The notes: generated from the sequence alone by a model not told the origin. 64,000 nucleotides of DNA from Octopus vulgaris (GCA_951406725.2 OX597843.1:186001-250000), one strand, 5' to 3'. Positions 26,262-39,636 are shown, numbered from the stretch's first letter. Numbers and translations: made by a program.

Positions 26262-27045
26262 GGCTGCACTGATGTCTTGACGAGGATGAATGTCACCTGC
26301 TAATTTCTTTAGATGCTGGCATGCAACTCAAGGAGGTCAACGACTTCAAGTGCCTTGGGTCTCTCATTGCTGATTGTAAGTCAAACTGTGTTATGCATAA
26401 AGGACTAGCATGGAGGACCTATAAGAAGCTTCAAAACATCTGGCAATCAAGTGTTTGAAGGTTAATAAAACAGGCCCTTGCAGGGTATGCGTAGAGGGAG
26501 TGAGAGGGAGAGAGAGAGAGAGAGAGAGGAAAAGAGATAGAGCTTGCCGGTGGCACATAAAAAGCACCATCCGAACGTGGCCTATGCTGGCTTCTGTGCC
26601 GGTGGCACATTAAAAGCACCAACCGATCGTGGCCGATGCCGGAATCCCCTGGCACCTGTGCAGGTGGCACATAAAAAGCATCCACTACACTCATGGAGTG
26701 GTTGGCGTTAGGAAGGGCATCCAGCTGTAGAAACACTGCCAGATCAGACTGGAGCCTGGTGCAGCCCCTGGCTTCCCAGACCCCGGTCGAACCGTCCAAC
26801 CCGTGCTAGCGCGGAAAACGGACGTTAAACGATGATGATGATGATGATGATGATGGTGCTAAAACCTGAACTATGAATAAGAATCTTCAAGGTGTCCCTG
26901 ATGGTACATGCAGCTGGATTCCCATGAAGGGGGAAAACGTTTCATGATAGGATCACAAAATCTAAAAGGAGGTTTATGGACACATTTCCACCCATTGTTA
27001 CTCAATGCAGGACAGGTTTTGTTGGTCATTGCTATCCTTAATTGC
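26262..27045 (+). pseudogene. Old degraded RTE-type RT fragment interrupted by a younger RTE 3'-UTR copy
   Basis: LKEVNDFKCLGSLIA at about 26325 and a GAKT(W)TMNK...DG motif at about 26855. Confidence 0.5.
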
Positions 27046-29169
27046 ATGGTTGGATGGTTTGAGTGAGGACTGGTGAGCCAGAAGGCTGCACCAGGCTCCA
27101 ATCTTGATCTGGCAAAGTTCCTACAGCTGGATGCCCTTCCTAATGCCAACCACTCTGAGAGTGTAGTGGGTGCTTTTACGTGCAACCGGCACAAGGGCCA
27201 GTCAGGCAATACTGGTAATGACCATGTTCAAAAAGTGTTTTTTATGTGTCACCCGCACAGGAGCCAGTCCAGTGGCACTGGCAAGGACCTCGCTCGAATG
27301 TTTTGTTCATGTGCCACCAGCACAAGTGCCAGTAAGGCGACACTAGTAACGATCAGGCTAACAATATTAGAAACGGCTCTGATGAGTATAGCATTCTTTC
27401 TTTCTTTCTTTCTTTTACTTGTTTCAGTCATTTGACTGTGGCCATGCTGGAGCACTGCCTTTTGTCGAGCAAATCGACTATTCTTTGCAAGCCTAGCACT
27501 TATTTTATTGGTCTATTTTGCCGAACCGCTAAGTTATGGGGGCGTAAACATACCAGCATCTGTTGTCAAGTGATGTTTGGGGGACAAACACAAATACACA
27601 AACACACACACATATAAATACATATACATATATACGACGGGCTTCTTTCAGTTTCCGTCTACCAAATCCTCTCACAAGGCTTTGGTCGGCCCGAAGCTAT
27701 AATAGAAGACACTTGCCCAAGGTGTCACACAGTGGGACTGAACCCGGAACCATGTGGTTGGTAAGCAAGCTACTTACCACACAGCCACTCCTGCACCTAT
27801 ATATATATACGACGGGCTTCTTTCACTTTCCGTCTACCAAATCCACTCACAAGGCTTTGGTCGGCCCGAGGCTATAGTAGAAAACACTCGCCCAAGGTGT
27901 CACGCAGTGGGACTGAATCCGGACCTATGTGGTTGGTAAGCAAGCTACTAACTACACAGCCACTCCTGCGCCTATACGACGGGCTTCTTTCTGTTTCCAT
28001 CTACCAAATCCACTCACGAGGCTTTGGTCGGCCCAAGGCTATAGTAGAAGACACTTGCCCAAGGTGTCACGCAGTGGGACTGAACCCGGAACCATGTGGT
28101 TGGTAAGCAAGCTACTTACCACACAGCCACTCCTACACCTAGTTGGTGAAAAGACAAAATATGAAAAGAAAAGAGAAAGTCTTGCATATTCTAGCAGTTG
28201 CTTGCACAGATGACGAGAGTTCTAATCCAGTCCGGTTCTCTGTAGACATCCAAGAATAAGATGCCTGATGACAATTGCAGACCAAACAGATTGGAACTTT
28301 GTGTAGATGGAAATATTGTGAATATGTATTTTGAAGAGAGGACATGGAGAGATAATGTGGTTTCTAAATAACCCTTAAACAAGGGATGGGCACGTTTGGA
28401 ATGCCTTTGATCATATAGGTCTGCTTAACCAGGGGGGCCTAACCTAACCAAGAACACCAGCAGCAACATGCGCTGAAACACACACACATGCACATACACA
28501 CACACACATACACACACACACATGCACAAACTCACACACACATACACATACATACTCACACACACACACTCTCACACACACATACACTCACACACACACA
28601 CACTCTCACACACACTCACACACACACTCTCACACACACACATACAATCACACACACACTCTCACACACACACACACTCTCACACACATACACTCACACA
28701 CACACACATACACTCACACACACTCACTCACACACACACACACACATGCAGACACATCTCTCATTACTACCACTGCTACCCCCTCCTTTCTTCTTTACAA
28801 GTGATGGAGCGGTGGGAGGCAGGGTGGGAGGAAGGGGTGGTGGATAATGTTGAAAAAGGGGGGAGATGGTGAGTGCAGATGGTGGAGGTGTTGATGGAGG
28901 GGGGTAAGAAAAAGGTAGAGGGTGGAAAGAGAGGTACATGAAGGGAAGAAGAGATGAGAGATAGATGGAGAGAGAAATAGAGAGAGATAGAAAGAGAGGG
29001 AGAGAGAGAGAGAGAACTGGTAGTGGAAAGCAACAGGAGGTGAAGGCAGAGAGGGAAGTTATGTAGTGGGGAGGGTGAGAGTTAATGACAAAAGGAAGTG
29101 GGAGTGGGGAGTGGTGGTGGGAGGTAAGAATAGTGAGAAGACAGAAGGGTGGTAGTGGTGGTGGTGGTG

Positions 29170-29480
29170 GTGGTGGTGGAAAGTAAGACCAAAGAGAAGA
29201 GGGAGTAGGTGGTGACAGTGGGAGGTGAGAGAACAGAGAAGAGAGAGGTGGTGGTGGTGGTGGGAGGTAAGACCAAAGAGAAGAGAGGGTAGGTGGTGAC
29301 AGTGGGAGGTGAGAGAACAGAGAAGAGAGAGGTGGTGGTGATGGTGGGAGGTAAGACCAAAGAGAAGAGAGGGTAGGTGGTGACAGTGGGAGGTGAGAGA
29401 ACAGAGAAGAGAGAGGTGGTGGTGGTGGTGGGAGTTAAGACCAAAGAGAAGAGAGGGTAGGTGGTGACAGAGGGAGGTAA
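29170..29480. repeat. 84-bp tandem minisatellite, about 3.5 copies
   Basis: aagaccaaag recurs at 29185, 29269, 29353 and 29437. Confidence 0.9.
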
Positions 29481-29822
29481 GTGCTGAGAAGGTGGTGAAG
29501 ATGGGGATAGATTAGAATCAAGAGAAGACAGCCAATAAGGTGGTGGTGAGAGATGAGGAGAGATAGAGAGAGAGTGGATGGTGGTGGTGGTGGGAGATAA
29601 TAATCAATGCGGGTGGGGTGGGGTGGAAGTGGGGAATGGAGATTACAGAGAAGAGAGAGTGAGTGAGCGGCGGTGGTGGTGGTGGGAGATAAAAATGGAG
29701 AGAGGACAGCTGATATGGTGGTGGTGATGGTGATGGTGGTGGTGGTGGTGAGAGATGAGGAGAGAGAGTGGATGGTGGTGGCAGTGTTGTTGTTGTTGGT
29801 GTTGTTGGTGTTGTTGTTGGTG

Positions 29823-29854
<32 letters not shown>

Positions 29855-30038
29855 AAGAGACAAGACCTGAGAGGACTGAATTGTGGGTGGTGATGGTGGT
29901 GGTGAGAGATGAGGAGAGAGAGAGAGTGGATGGTGGTGGTGGTGGTGGGAGATAATAATCAAGGTGGGGATGGAAGCGGGGGGGGAATGGAGATTACAGA
30001 GAAGAGAGAGTGAGTGAGCGGTGGTGGTGGTGGCAGTG

Positions 30039-30069
<31 letters not shown>

Positions 30070-30074
30070 CAGTG

Positions 30075-30105
<31 letters not shown>

Positions 30106-30169
30106 CGGTAAGAGACAAGAGCTGAGAGGAGACTGAATTGTGGGTGGTGATGGTGGGAGGTAGAGAGAG

Positions 30170-30201
<32 letters not shown>

Positions 30202-31119
30202 AGATTGAGTGGACGAAGGACAGATGAGAATTCCTCTTGAATTCCTTTCCCACGGCGTGCTGAGAGTCCCCTCCCTCCCTCACTCAGTACTTGTCTATGT
30301 CCTCTCCTTCCCTCTCTCTCTCCTTTTCTTTCTCTTTCTCTTTCTCTTCTCTCTTCATCATTTGAAAGTCTCAGTGCAGTCATCAACACCACCACCACCA
30401 CCACCACCAACAACAACAACATCAATGCTATTACCAGCTTCCCCATCACTATCATTATCATCATCATCGTCATTGTCATCATAAACACAAGCACCAACGC
30501 CGCCGCTGCTGCTGCTGCCACTATTATCAACCCCACTGTCAGCATCTTCATCATACATACACATACATGCACACACATACACACATACACACACACACAC
30601 ACACCTCTTGGCTGCTCTCTTTAGATTGGCAGAGTTGTTTTAGCAACAATTCTTAGTAACACAGCTATGAACTACATTTACCACGACGACAACAACAGCA
30701 ACAACAAACAAACAACAACAACAACAACAATAATAATAATAACAATAATAATTTCTTTCATTTGCCAAAAGGACGAAGGATGAGAAGGACAACACAAAGA
30801 GAAACATAAAGTGTTGGGGGTTTACATTATAATGGAAGGATAAAAAAAAGGGAAACGTTTACTCGGGGTACATTCAAAGGAGGGAAGTCTACATTGTCTA
30901 TGGCTTTAAGGAAAAAAGAAATGGGATACTGATGTGGTCCTGAAACAGGGGGATCATCAAGGATAATCATGGAACCCCCACCATCCGGGATCATTCTATA
31001 ATAATAATAAACATGAGTCTCAATAGGATCTTGCAACATGCTAGTTGTAGGGGCCATTTCTTTCATACCATCTTTCCTACTTAGTTCAGACACATGCACA
31101 ACACTTCAGAACATTTTTA

Positions 31120-31685
31120 CAACACTGACTTAATAATACTATCTCTTACACACATCTACAACATGCCACAACACTTACCTAACAACACTATCTCTTACAC
31201 ATATCTACAACACCCCACAACACTTACCTAACAACACTATCTCTTACACACATCTACAACACCTCACAACACCGACCTAACAACACTATCTCTTACACAC
31301 ATCTACAACACCCCACAACACCGACCTAACAACACTATCTCTTACACACATCTACAACACCCCACAACACTGACCTAACAACACTATCTCTTACACATAT
31401 CTACAACACCCCACAACACTGACCTAACAACACTATCTCTTACACATATCTACAACACCCCACAACACTGACCTAACAACACTATCTCTTACACATATCT
31501 ACAACACCCCACAACACTGACCTAACAACACAATCTCTTACACATATCTACAACACCCCACAACACCGACGTAACAACACTATCTCTTACACATATCTAC
31601 AACACCCCACAACACTCACCTAACAACACCGACCTAATAACATTGTCTCTCACACGCATCCACAATACTCCACAACACTCCACAA
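31120..31685. repeat. 49-bp tandem minisatellite, about 10-11 copies
   Basis: Unit acaacactatctcttacacatatctacaacaccccacaacactgaccta; tctcttac recurs at 31142, 31191 and onward. Confidence 0.92.
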
Positions 31686-31998
31686 CCTCTCGAAAGAGCT
31701 GTTCTTCACTCCTGCTCCAGAACGTCGGCTGCGGGGTCACTCCGAAAAGCTCTATCTGCGACGATTTCATGTCAATCGAAGGAGAGGGGCTTTCTCCGTC
31801 CGGGTTGCGGATCCGTGGAATAAGCTGCCAGACGAGATAGTGAAGATGCCGACGACCGCTCGGTTCAAAGTCTCCCTTGACCACAAGTGGCCTGAACTCT
31901 TTGCATGACCACCCTCCCTGTACATAACTCCATGTCCCCCTACATAGCCTTGCTTTATGCTTTTTGAGCCAAAAAATTAACTTAACTTAACTTAACTT
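31683..31998 (+). mobile_element. CR1-group LINE 3' end with (TTAAC)n tail
   Basis: Near-identical to 5160-5430 and 6177-6470. Confidence 0.85.
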
Positions 31999-34679
31999 CT
32001 CAAGTACTGCATATTGCCTGACAATTCAAGGGTTCTTTTAAACAGGCTGTTTATGCGACACTGGCACCGGCCACAGCGACGACCTCACTTCACTTTTCGA
32101 GTAAAATCATCCTTTCCTCTATAAGCATCATCATCATCATCATTTAGTGTCTGCTTTCCATGCTAGCATGGGTTGGACGGTTCAACGGGGGTCTGGGAAG
32201 CCAGAAGGCTGCACCAGGCCCAGTCTGATATGGCAATGTTTCTACAGCTGGATGCCCTTCCTAACGCCAACCACTCTGTGCGTGTAGTGGGTGCTTTTTA
32301 CGTGCCACCAGCACAGGTGCCAGGCGAGGCTGGCAAGGGCCATGATCGGATGGTGCTTTTTACATGTCACCAGCACGGAGGCCCGTCAGGGCAGCGCTGG
32401 CAACGGCCACGTTCGGATGGTTCGCTTACATGCCACCGGCACTGGTATCACAGCTACAATTTCCATCGATGTTGATTGATCAAGGCCTGAAATTTGAGGA
32501 GAAGAAATAGTCAATTACATCGACCCCAGTACTCAGCTGGTACTTATTTTATTGCTCCCAAAGGGATGAAAGGCAAAGTTGGCCTTGGTGGAAAATTGAA
32601 CTCAGAACGGGAAGACAGACAAAATACTGCCAAGCATTTTGTCCAGCATGCTAACGATTCTCCCAGCTCACCACGTTCGTGTTAAATAAAATAAAAACAG
32701 GAATAACAACTAGGATATACACCACCATACATAAACATAAGCTAGTTTCACTTCAAGAACTGCCTGGAGAAATCAGTTGTATATGCAACTACTATAACAT
32801 CTTACATTAACCAAAAAATGCATTGATTATAATGGGAATGACCACCAACCAATTCAAGTGTTGGTTTTATCAACATAATTATACATTTAGGCCAACGTCA
32901 ACAGAATTAGGCTGAAATCTGACAGCATGTTATTTTTTTAAAATAGCAACATACTATCATAAAATGTCAACTTATACACACTTAAATGCTTTCTATAGTC
33001 TTTGTACCTTGTAAAGCTTATTGATCTTGTAACATCAAAGCAAAACTTTGAAGAGGCTCATGAAATGAATCTCTTCATGCCCTCAGATGAGAAGGAACCT
33101 ACTTAAATCTGTGGTGATGTCCCAATAAGAGTAACACACACACACACACATCTCTTGGCTGCTCTCTTTACAGACAGTTCCTTTTTATTTTTGTTTTCAA
33201 TATTTTAGTTTTCTCTTTCATTTCTTCACTGGCACCTTACCAACGTTGCTTCACTGGCACCTGTGCCGGTGACACGTGTAAAAAGATTCGAGTGAGGTCG
33301 TTGCCAGTGCTGCCTGACTGGCCCCCGCCCCGTGTCGGTGGCACGTAAAAAGCACCCACTACACTCTCGGAGTGGTTGGCGTTAGGAAGGGCATCCAGCT
33401 GTAGAAACACTGCCAGATCAGACTGGAGCCTGGTGCAGCCTTCGGGCTTCCCAGACCTCAGTTGAACCGTCGAACCCATGCTAGCATGGAAAGCGGATAT
33501 TAAACGATGATGATGATGATGATGATGATGATATATATAATTGAACCAAATTTGATGAGTGGCACTTGTGCCAGTGGAGCTCTAGTAGCTCCATCTGAGC
33601 GGGATCACTGCCAGAGCAGCTGTCTACCTTCCTTGCAGGTGGCATGTAAAAGCACCCACTACACTCTCGGAGTGGTTGGCATTAGGAAGGGCATCCAGCT
33701 GTAGAAACTCTGCCAAATCAATATTGGAGCAGCCTGGTGCAGCCATCTGGCTCGCCAGCCCTCAGTCAAAATCATCCAACCCATGCTAGCATGGAAAGCG
33801 GACGTTAAACGATGATTTCCTTTTCTAATAGTATTTCACACCTAATTAGTAAAGGTGACCTCATTTATTAAATAAATTACTAAGTACTTACTCCCAGAGA
33901 GATGTTAATGATATCCCAATGGGGCGAAACATGAATTCCCAGTTGAACTCACATTTGCTTCGTTTCAAATAGTACTTAGTGCTTAATTAACGTTGAAGTT
34001 GGAGTGATGTCTCTCTTCATTAATAAATACACTTAGCCACGACTAACTTGCAGCAGAAACACGCATACAAATACATACACATACTGGACAAATTAGACAA
34101 ATATACAAACACACAATGACACATTTTCACATACATACTCATATATATATACACATACATAGATATTAAACTGGTCAAATTTATATGCTGATGTAGAGGC
34201 ACATTCACACATATAGTATTAGTTAAAATTATATTATAGACACATATATATATATATATATCGAAATGTGGAGTAGATGAAACAAAGGCGACTGAAGAAG
34301 GGGAATTTTCCTTGTTTTATATGTCCTGTATTCTATATTTTCGTTGTTTAAGAAAAATGTCCATTTCCTTGGTTTTGTGTTTATGTTTTCGTTTCTCATT
34401 GTGTTCGATATTATTTTGGTGTCCTGTGCCCATATATGCATGTAGAGGTAGGTACGTACATATATGTATGTATATATGCATGTTTTATTTATTTATTAAT
34501 TTATTATATATATATATGTATACATACACACAGATGCTTAAGTAACCACAAACATGTGGATGTACAATAAACACAAATGTGAGAGCCAAGGAAAAAGCAT
34601 GTCTTGTAATTAAAATATTGCAAAGAATATTTATTTCTAGTTTCATTATAGGATGAAACACGAGATGAATTATTAACTA

Positions 34680-35495
34680 CTAGCACTATGACCTGAGTCA
34701 TAGTGCTAGTGCATGCATATACAGCTGCGTGCGTGCACACATACACACGAGTACTGTCCAAATCTCCGACCAATCACATACAGCTAGCTGGCATTCAATT
34801 GGCGTATCAAGTTTTGGGCATTTTGATTGGGTTTTGGATAGAAAATTCACAAAAAGTCACTTCTATTGATATTTTAATGGCTTTACGGGGTGAGTGGGGA
34901 AATATAAAAATGTGCACGACCACCCTTGGACGGTTTTGAATGACCATAGAAAGTGCGAGCCCTCTAACTGAAAAATTGTGGATTTGTATAAAGGACACGC
35001 ACACAGACATTTTGCCGTTTATATATAGAGAGATTTGCAGGGTAACTGGGGAAATGTAAAGATGTGCACGACCACCCTTGGACTGTTTTGAATGACCATA
35101 GAAAGTGTGAGCCCTCTAACTGAAAAATTGTGGATTTGTATAAAGGACACGCACACAGACATTTTGCCGTTTATATATATAGAGAGATTTGCGGGGTGAC
35201 TGGGGAAATGTAAAGATGTGCACGACCACCCTTGGACAGTTTTGAATGACCATAGAAAGTGTGAGCCCTCTAACTGAAAAATTGTGGATTTGTATAAAGG
35301 ACACACACACAGACAGACATTTTGCCGTTTATATATAGAGAGATTTGTGGGGTGACTGGGGAAATGTAAAGATGTGCACGACCACCCTTGGACAGTTTTG
35401 AATGACCATAGAAAGTGTGAGCCCTCTAACTGAAAAATTGTGGATTTGTATAAAGGACATGCACACAGACATTTTGCCGTTTATATATAGAGAGA
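34680..35495 (-). mobile_element. Non-autonomous Helitron with four tandem copies of its 5'-terminal segment (about 154 bp)
   Basis: Minus strand A|TCTCTCTATATATAAAC...CTAG|T, an AT insertion site. A 14-bp-arm hairpin actagcactatgac/gtcatagtgctagt lies at 34679-34710. Units end at about 35033, 35187, 35343 and 35495. Confidence 0.75.
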
Positions 35496-35663
35496 TTACC
35501 TGAAAAACCATGTTATGATGAAACTCATAGTAATAATATAATGAAAGAATATCAAGCTTATATAGGCACAAGAGTGGCTGTGTGATAAGAAGGTTGCTTC
35601 CCAACCACATGGTTCTGGGTTCAGTCCCATTGTGTGACATCTTGGGCAAGTATATTCTACTAT

Positions 35664-36373
35664 AGCCCTGTCTGCCAGGTTGTGGCCCTAATACCACTCG
35701 GTGTCAGACCAATCTGCCTTGGGTGGCCCTACCAGGAACCGAAGTTCCCGATGGTATAGCTCTGACACTACCCGTTGCCAGCGTCCCCACCACGGTGAGG
35801 AGGAGATGGACTTTGGGGACACAAACAGACACTCCGAGGATTTTCACCAGAGCCTCGTCTGCCGGCTTATGGCCCTAATACCACTCGGTGTCAGACCAAT
35901 CTGCCTTGGGTGGCCCTACCAGGAACCAAAGTTCCCAACGGCATAGCTCTGATACTACCCGTTGCCAGCGTCCCCATCACGGTGAGGAGAGGAGGGACTT
36001 TGGGGACACAAACAGACACTCTGAGGATTTTCACCAGAGCCCCGTCTGCTGGGTTGTGGCCCTAATACCACTCGGTGTCAGACCAATCTGCCTTGGGTGG
36101 CCCTACCAGGAACCAAAGTTCCCAACAGCATAGCTCTGACACTACCCATTGCCAGCGTCCCCACCACAGTTAGGAGAGGAGGGACTTTGGGGACACAAAC
36201 AGACACTCTGAGGATTTTCACCAGAGCCCCGTCTGCTGGGTTGTGGCCCTAATACCACTCGGTGTCAGACCAATCTGCCTTGGGTGGCCCTACCAGGAAC
36301 CGAAGTTCCCGACGGCATAGCTCTGACACTACCCGTTGCCAGCGTCCCCACCACGGTGAGGAGGGGATGGACT
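35664..36373 (-). repeat. 187-bp head-to-tail tandem array (about 3.8 units) encoding a highly structured RNA; candidate HDV-like ribozyme per unit
   Basis: gtgtcagacc recurs at 35701, 35888, 36075 and 36262. Minus-strand stems: gtcccca/tggggac, gtgtcaga/tctgacac, tgcc/ggca and ggaac-TTCG-gttcc. The array is certain; the ribozyme call is inferred. Confidence 0.8.
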
Positions 36374-36584
36374 GTGCATATATATATATATATATATATG
36401 CACAGTAATCGCCATAAATGCCAATATATTTATCTTGCCAAAAAACCCCCAAAAAAATGAAATGGTAACAGAAGAAACATAAAAATTTGCTGTTAGTTCA
36501 TTTCTTGAATGTTTCCTTATATTTGGCATCCAGACAAGACTGGATACCTCTGCTTGTTATCATCATTACATGTGTGTGTGTATG

Positions 36585-36654
<70 letters not shown>

Positions 36655-36877
36655 TATATATATGTGTGTGTGTATGTATATATAATTATGTATGTATATG
36701 AAATGAGAAATCAGGAAAGATTGTAACAATGCGGAAATTTTAAAAAAACCTTTATATTTTGGGCACAAAAATTTCTTTTGTGTGTATATACATATATATG
36801 AGCGCTACTCTAATACATCTGTTTGTTGTCTACACCACCTGTCTTCGTCTTTTCTTTTTTTCGTGAACTCTCCCCCT

Positions 36878-36925
<48 letters not shown>

Positions 36926-36935
36926 ATGCTGATGA

Positions 36936-36977
<42 letters not shown>

Positions 36978-37191
36978 GTATATATCTATACACACATATA
37001 TATATACACATATATATATATATATACACGTATACATATATATATACATATATACACACACACATATATATATATATATAATGATGATGATATATGAATG
37101 TATATTAATATATATTATGTGTGCGTGTGTATGTGTACACATGTCTATACACGTGCACATACATACATAAACACACACACCCACCCACACC

Positions 37192-37247
<56 letters not shown>

Positions 37248-37933
37248 TAAATATATAGCTAGATAAAGTTTCTTTATTAGCCACACAGGGCCGGTGATGG
37301 ATACACACATACACGCAGATTTGCACGTGCATACATGTATGTTGCCAATAATAGCACAAATTTCTACGTTTACTCGTTGCAGTCACTGGTTGCGGCCAAG
37401 CTGGAGCAGTGCATTTGTGAAATTATTAGTTTATTTCACCACACCTTTCTCTTCATTTTTCATTACACACACACATGCTCAAACCCACACACACACATAT
37501 ACACACACACATATACACACACACAGGTGTGCATGCATATACACATACTCTTTACTCTCTTTTACTCGTTTCAGTCATTTGACTGGAGCACCGCCTTTAG
37601 TCGAGCAACTCGACCCCGGGACTCATTCTTTTTGTAAGCCCACCACTTATTCTATCGGTCTCTTTTTGCCGAACCGCTAAGTAACGGGGATGTAAACACA
37701 CCAGCATCGGTTGTCAAGCAATGCTAGGGGGACAAACACAGACACACAAACACATACATATATATACACATATATAGGACGGGCTTCTTTCAGTTTCCGT
37801 CTACCAAATCCACTCACAAGGCATTGGTCGGCACGGGGCTATAGCAGAAGACACTTGCCCAAGATGCCACGCAGTGGGACTGAACCCAGAACCATGTGGT
37901 TGGTAAACAAGCTACTTAACACACAGCCACTCC

Positions 37934-37981
<48 letters not shown>

Positions 37982-38684
37982 TACGACGGGCTTCTTTCAG
38001 TTTCTGTCTACTAAATCCACTCACAAGGCATTGGTCGGCCCGAGGCTATAGCAGAAGACACTTGCCCAAGGTGCCACGCAGTGGGACTGAACCCGGAACC
38101 ATGTGGTTGGTAGGCAAGCTACTTACCACACAGCCACTCCTGCGCCTATAAATATACATATAAATATACTCGTGGATACACGGAGATCTTTAATAATAGA
38201 ACAAATGTTTATTTTTACTTGTTTCAGTCAGTTGTTGCGACCTTGCTGGAGCAATGCATTCATTAGATTATTAGCCTATTTCACCACACCTGCCTCTTCG
38301 TGTTTGGTTTTGGTAAATGAGGAAGTTGGCCAATTCTGCCCTTCTTTGCATTCCTTGCTTTGGTTTGAGATTATTTGGTATCTCAGACAGAATTTTTGTC
38401 TCTGAGTATTTTGAACACATCCACATCTCTGAGGATTTTTGGCAAGATAGCGAAAAACTATGATCCTTTGAACCCTAAACTGCTTAATATTGATTCCCTG
38501 AAATCATCATCATCATCACCATCATCACCATCACCACCACCACCACCATCATCACCATCATCACCATCATCATCACCACCGTCATCATCACCATCATCAC
38601 CATCACCATCATCATCATCATCACCATCACCATCACCACCACCACCACCACCATCATCACCATCATCACCATCATCATCACCAC

Positions 38685-38728
<44 letters not shown>

Positions 38729-39636
38729 CCATCATCATCATCGTTTAACGTCCGCTTTCCATGCTAGCATGGGTTGGACGGTTTGACTGAGGACTGGCGA
38801 ACCAGATGGCTGCACCAGGTTCCAATCTGATCTGATCTGGCAGAGTTTCTACAGCTGGATGCCCTTCCTAATGCCAACCACTCCCTGAGTGTAGTGGGTG
38901 CTTTTTACGTGCGACACAATTTTGTCTCAGCATTTTTTTAAGCTCACCCACATCCATGTCTCTTTGATACTCTTTACTCTTTTACTCTTGTACTTGTTTC
39001 AGTCATTTAACTGCAGCCATGCTGGAGCACCGCCTTTAATCTAGCAACTCGACCCCAGGACTTATTCTTTTGTAAGCCCAGTACTTATTCTATCGGTCTC
39101 TTTTTGCCGAACCACTAAGTAACAGGGACATAAACACACCAGCATCGGTTGTCAAGCAATGCTAGGAGGACAAACACAGACACACAAACACACATACGCA
39201 TATATATATATATATATATATACATATATACGACGGGCTTCTTTCAGTGTCCGTCTACCAAATCCACTCACAAGGCTTTGGTTGGCCCGAGGCTATAGTA
39301 GAAGACACTTGCCCAAGATGCCACGCAGTGGGACTGAACCCGGAACCATGTGGTTGGTAAACAAGCTACTTACCACACAGCCACTCCTATGCCTATATAT
39401 ACATATATACGACGGGCTTCTTTTCAGTTTCCATCTACCAAATCCACTCACAAGGCTTTGGTCAGCCCAAGGCTATAGCAGAAGACACTTGCCCAATTTT
39501 TTTATTAAGGTACTGCAAAACTGTGGTCACTTAAACCCTAAACTGCTCAATATTGATTCCCTGGAATCTTAGACGGAATTTTGTCTCAGCATTTTTTTAA
39601 GCACACCCACATCCATGTTTCACTGATGTTTAAGGA

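Noticed and set aside
30827-31099. 90-aa ORF as a host gene
   Set aside because: No recognisable domain; runs into an (ATT)n-tailed, LINE-like 3' end.
31120-31685. CRISPR-like periodicity
   Set aside because: Contiguous 49-bp units with no unique spacers; eukaryotic minisatellite.
35685-35810. Twister ribozyme on the plus strand of the 187-bp unit (ccctaata...gaggagg)
   Set aside because: Superficial similarity only; the L4/pseudoknot pattern does not fit, and the UUCG loop favours the minus strand.
35701-36133. Two 81-aa ORFs in the 187-bp array
   Set aside because: GTG starts, period not a multiple of 3, and stops in other units.
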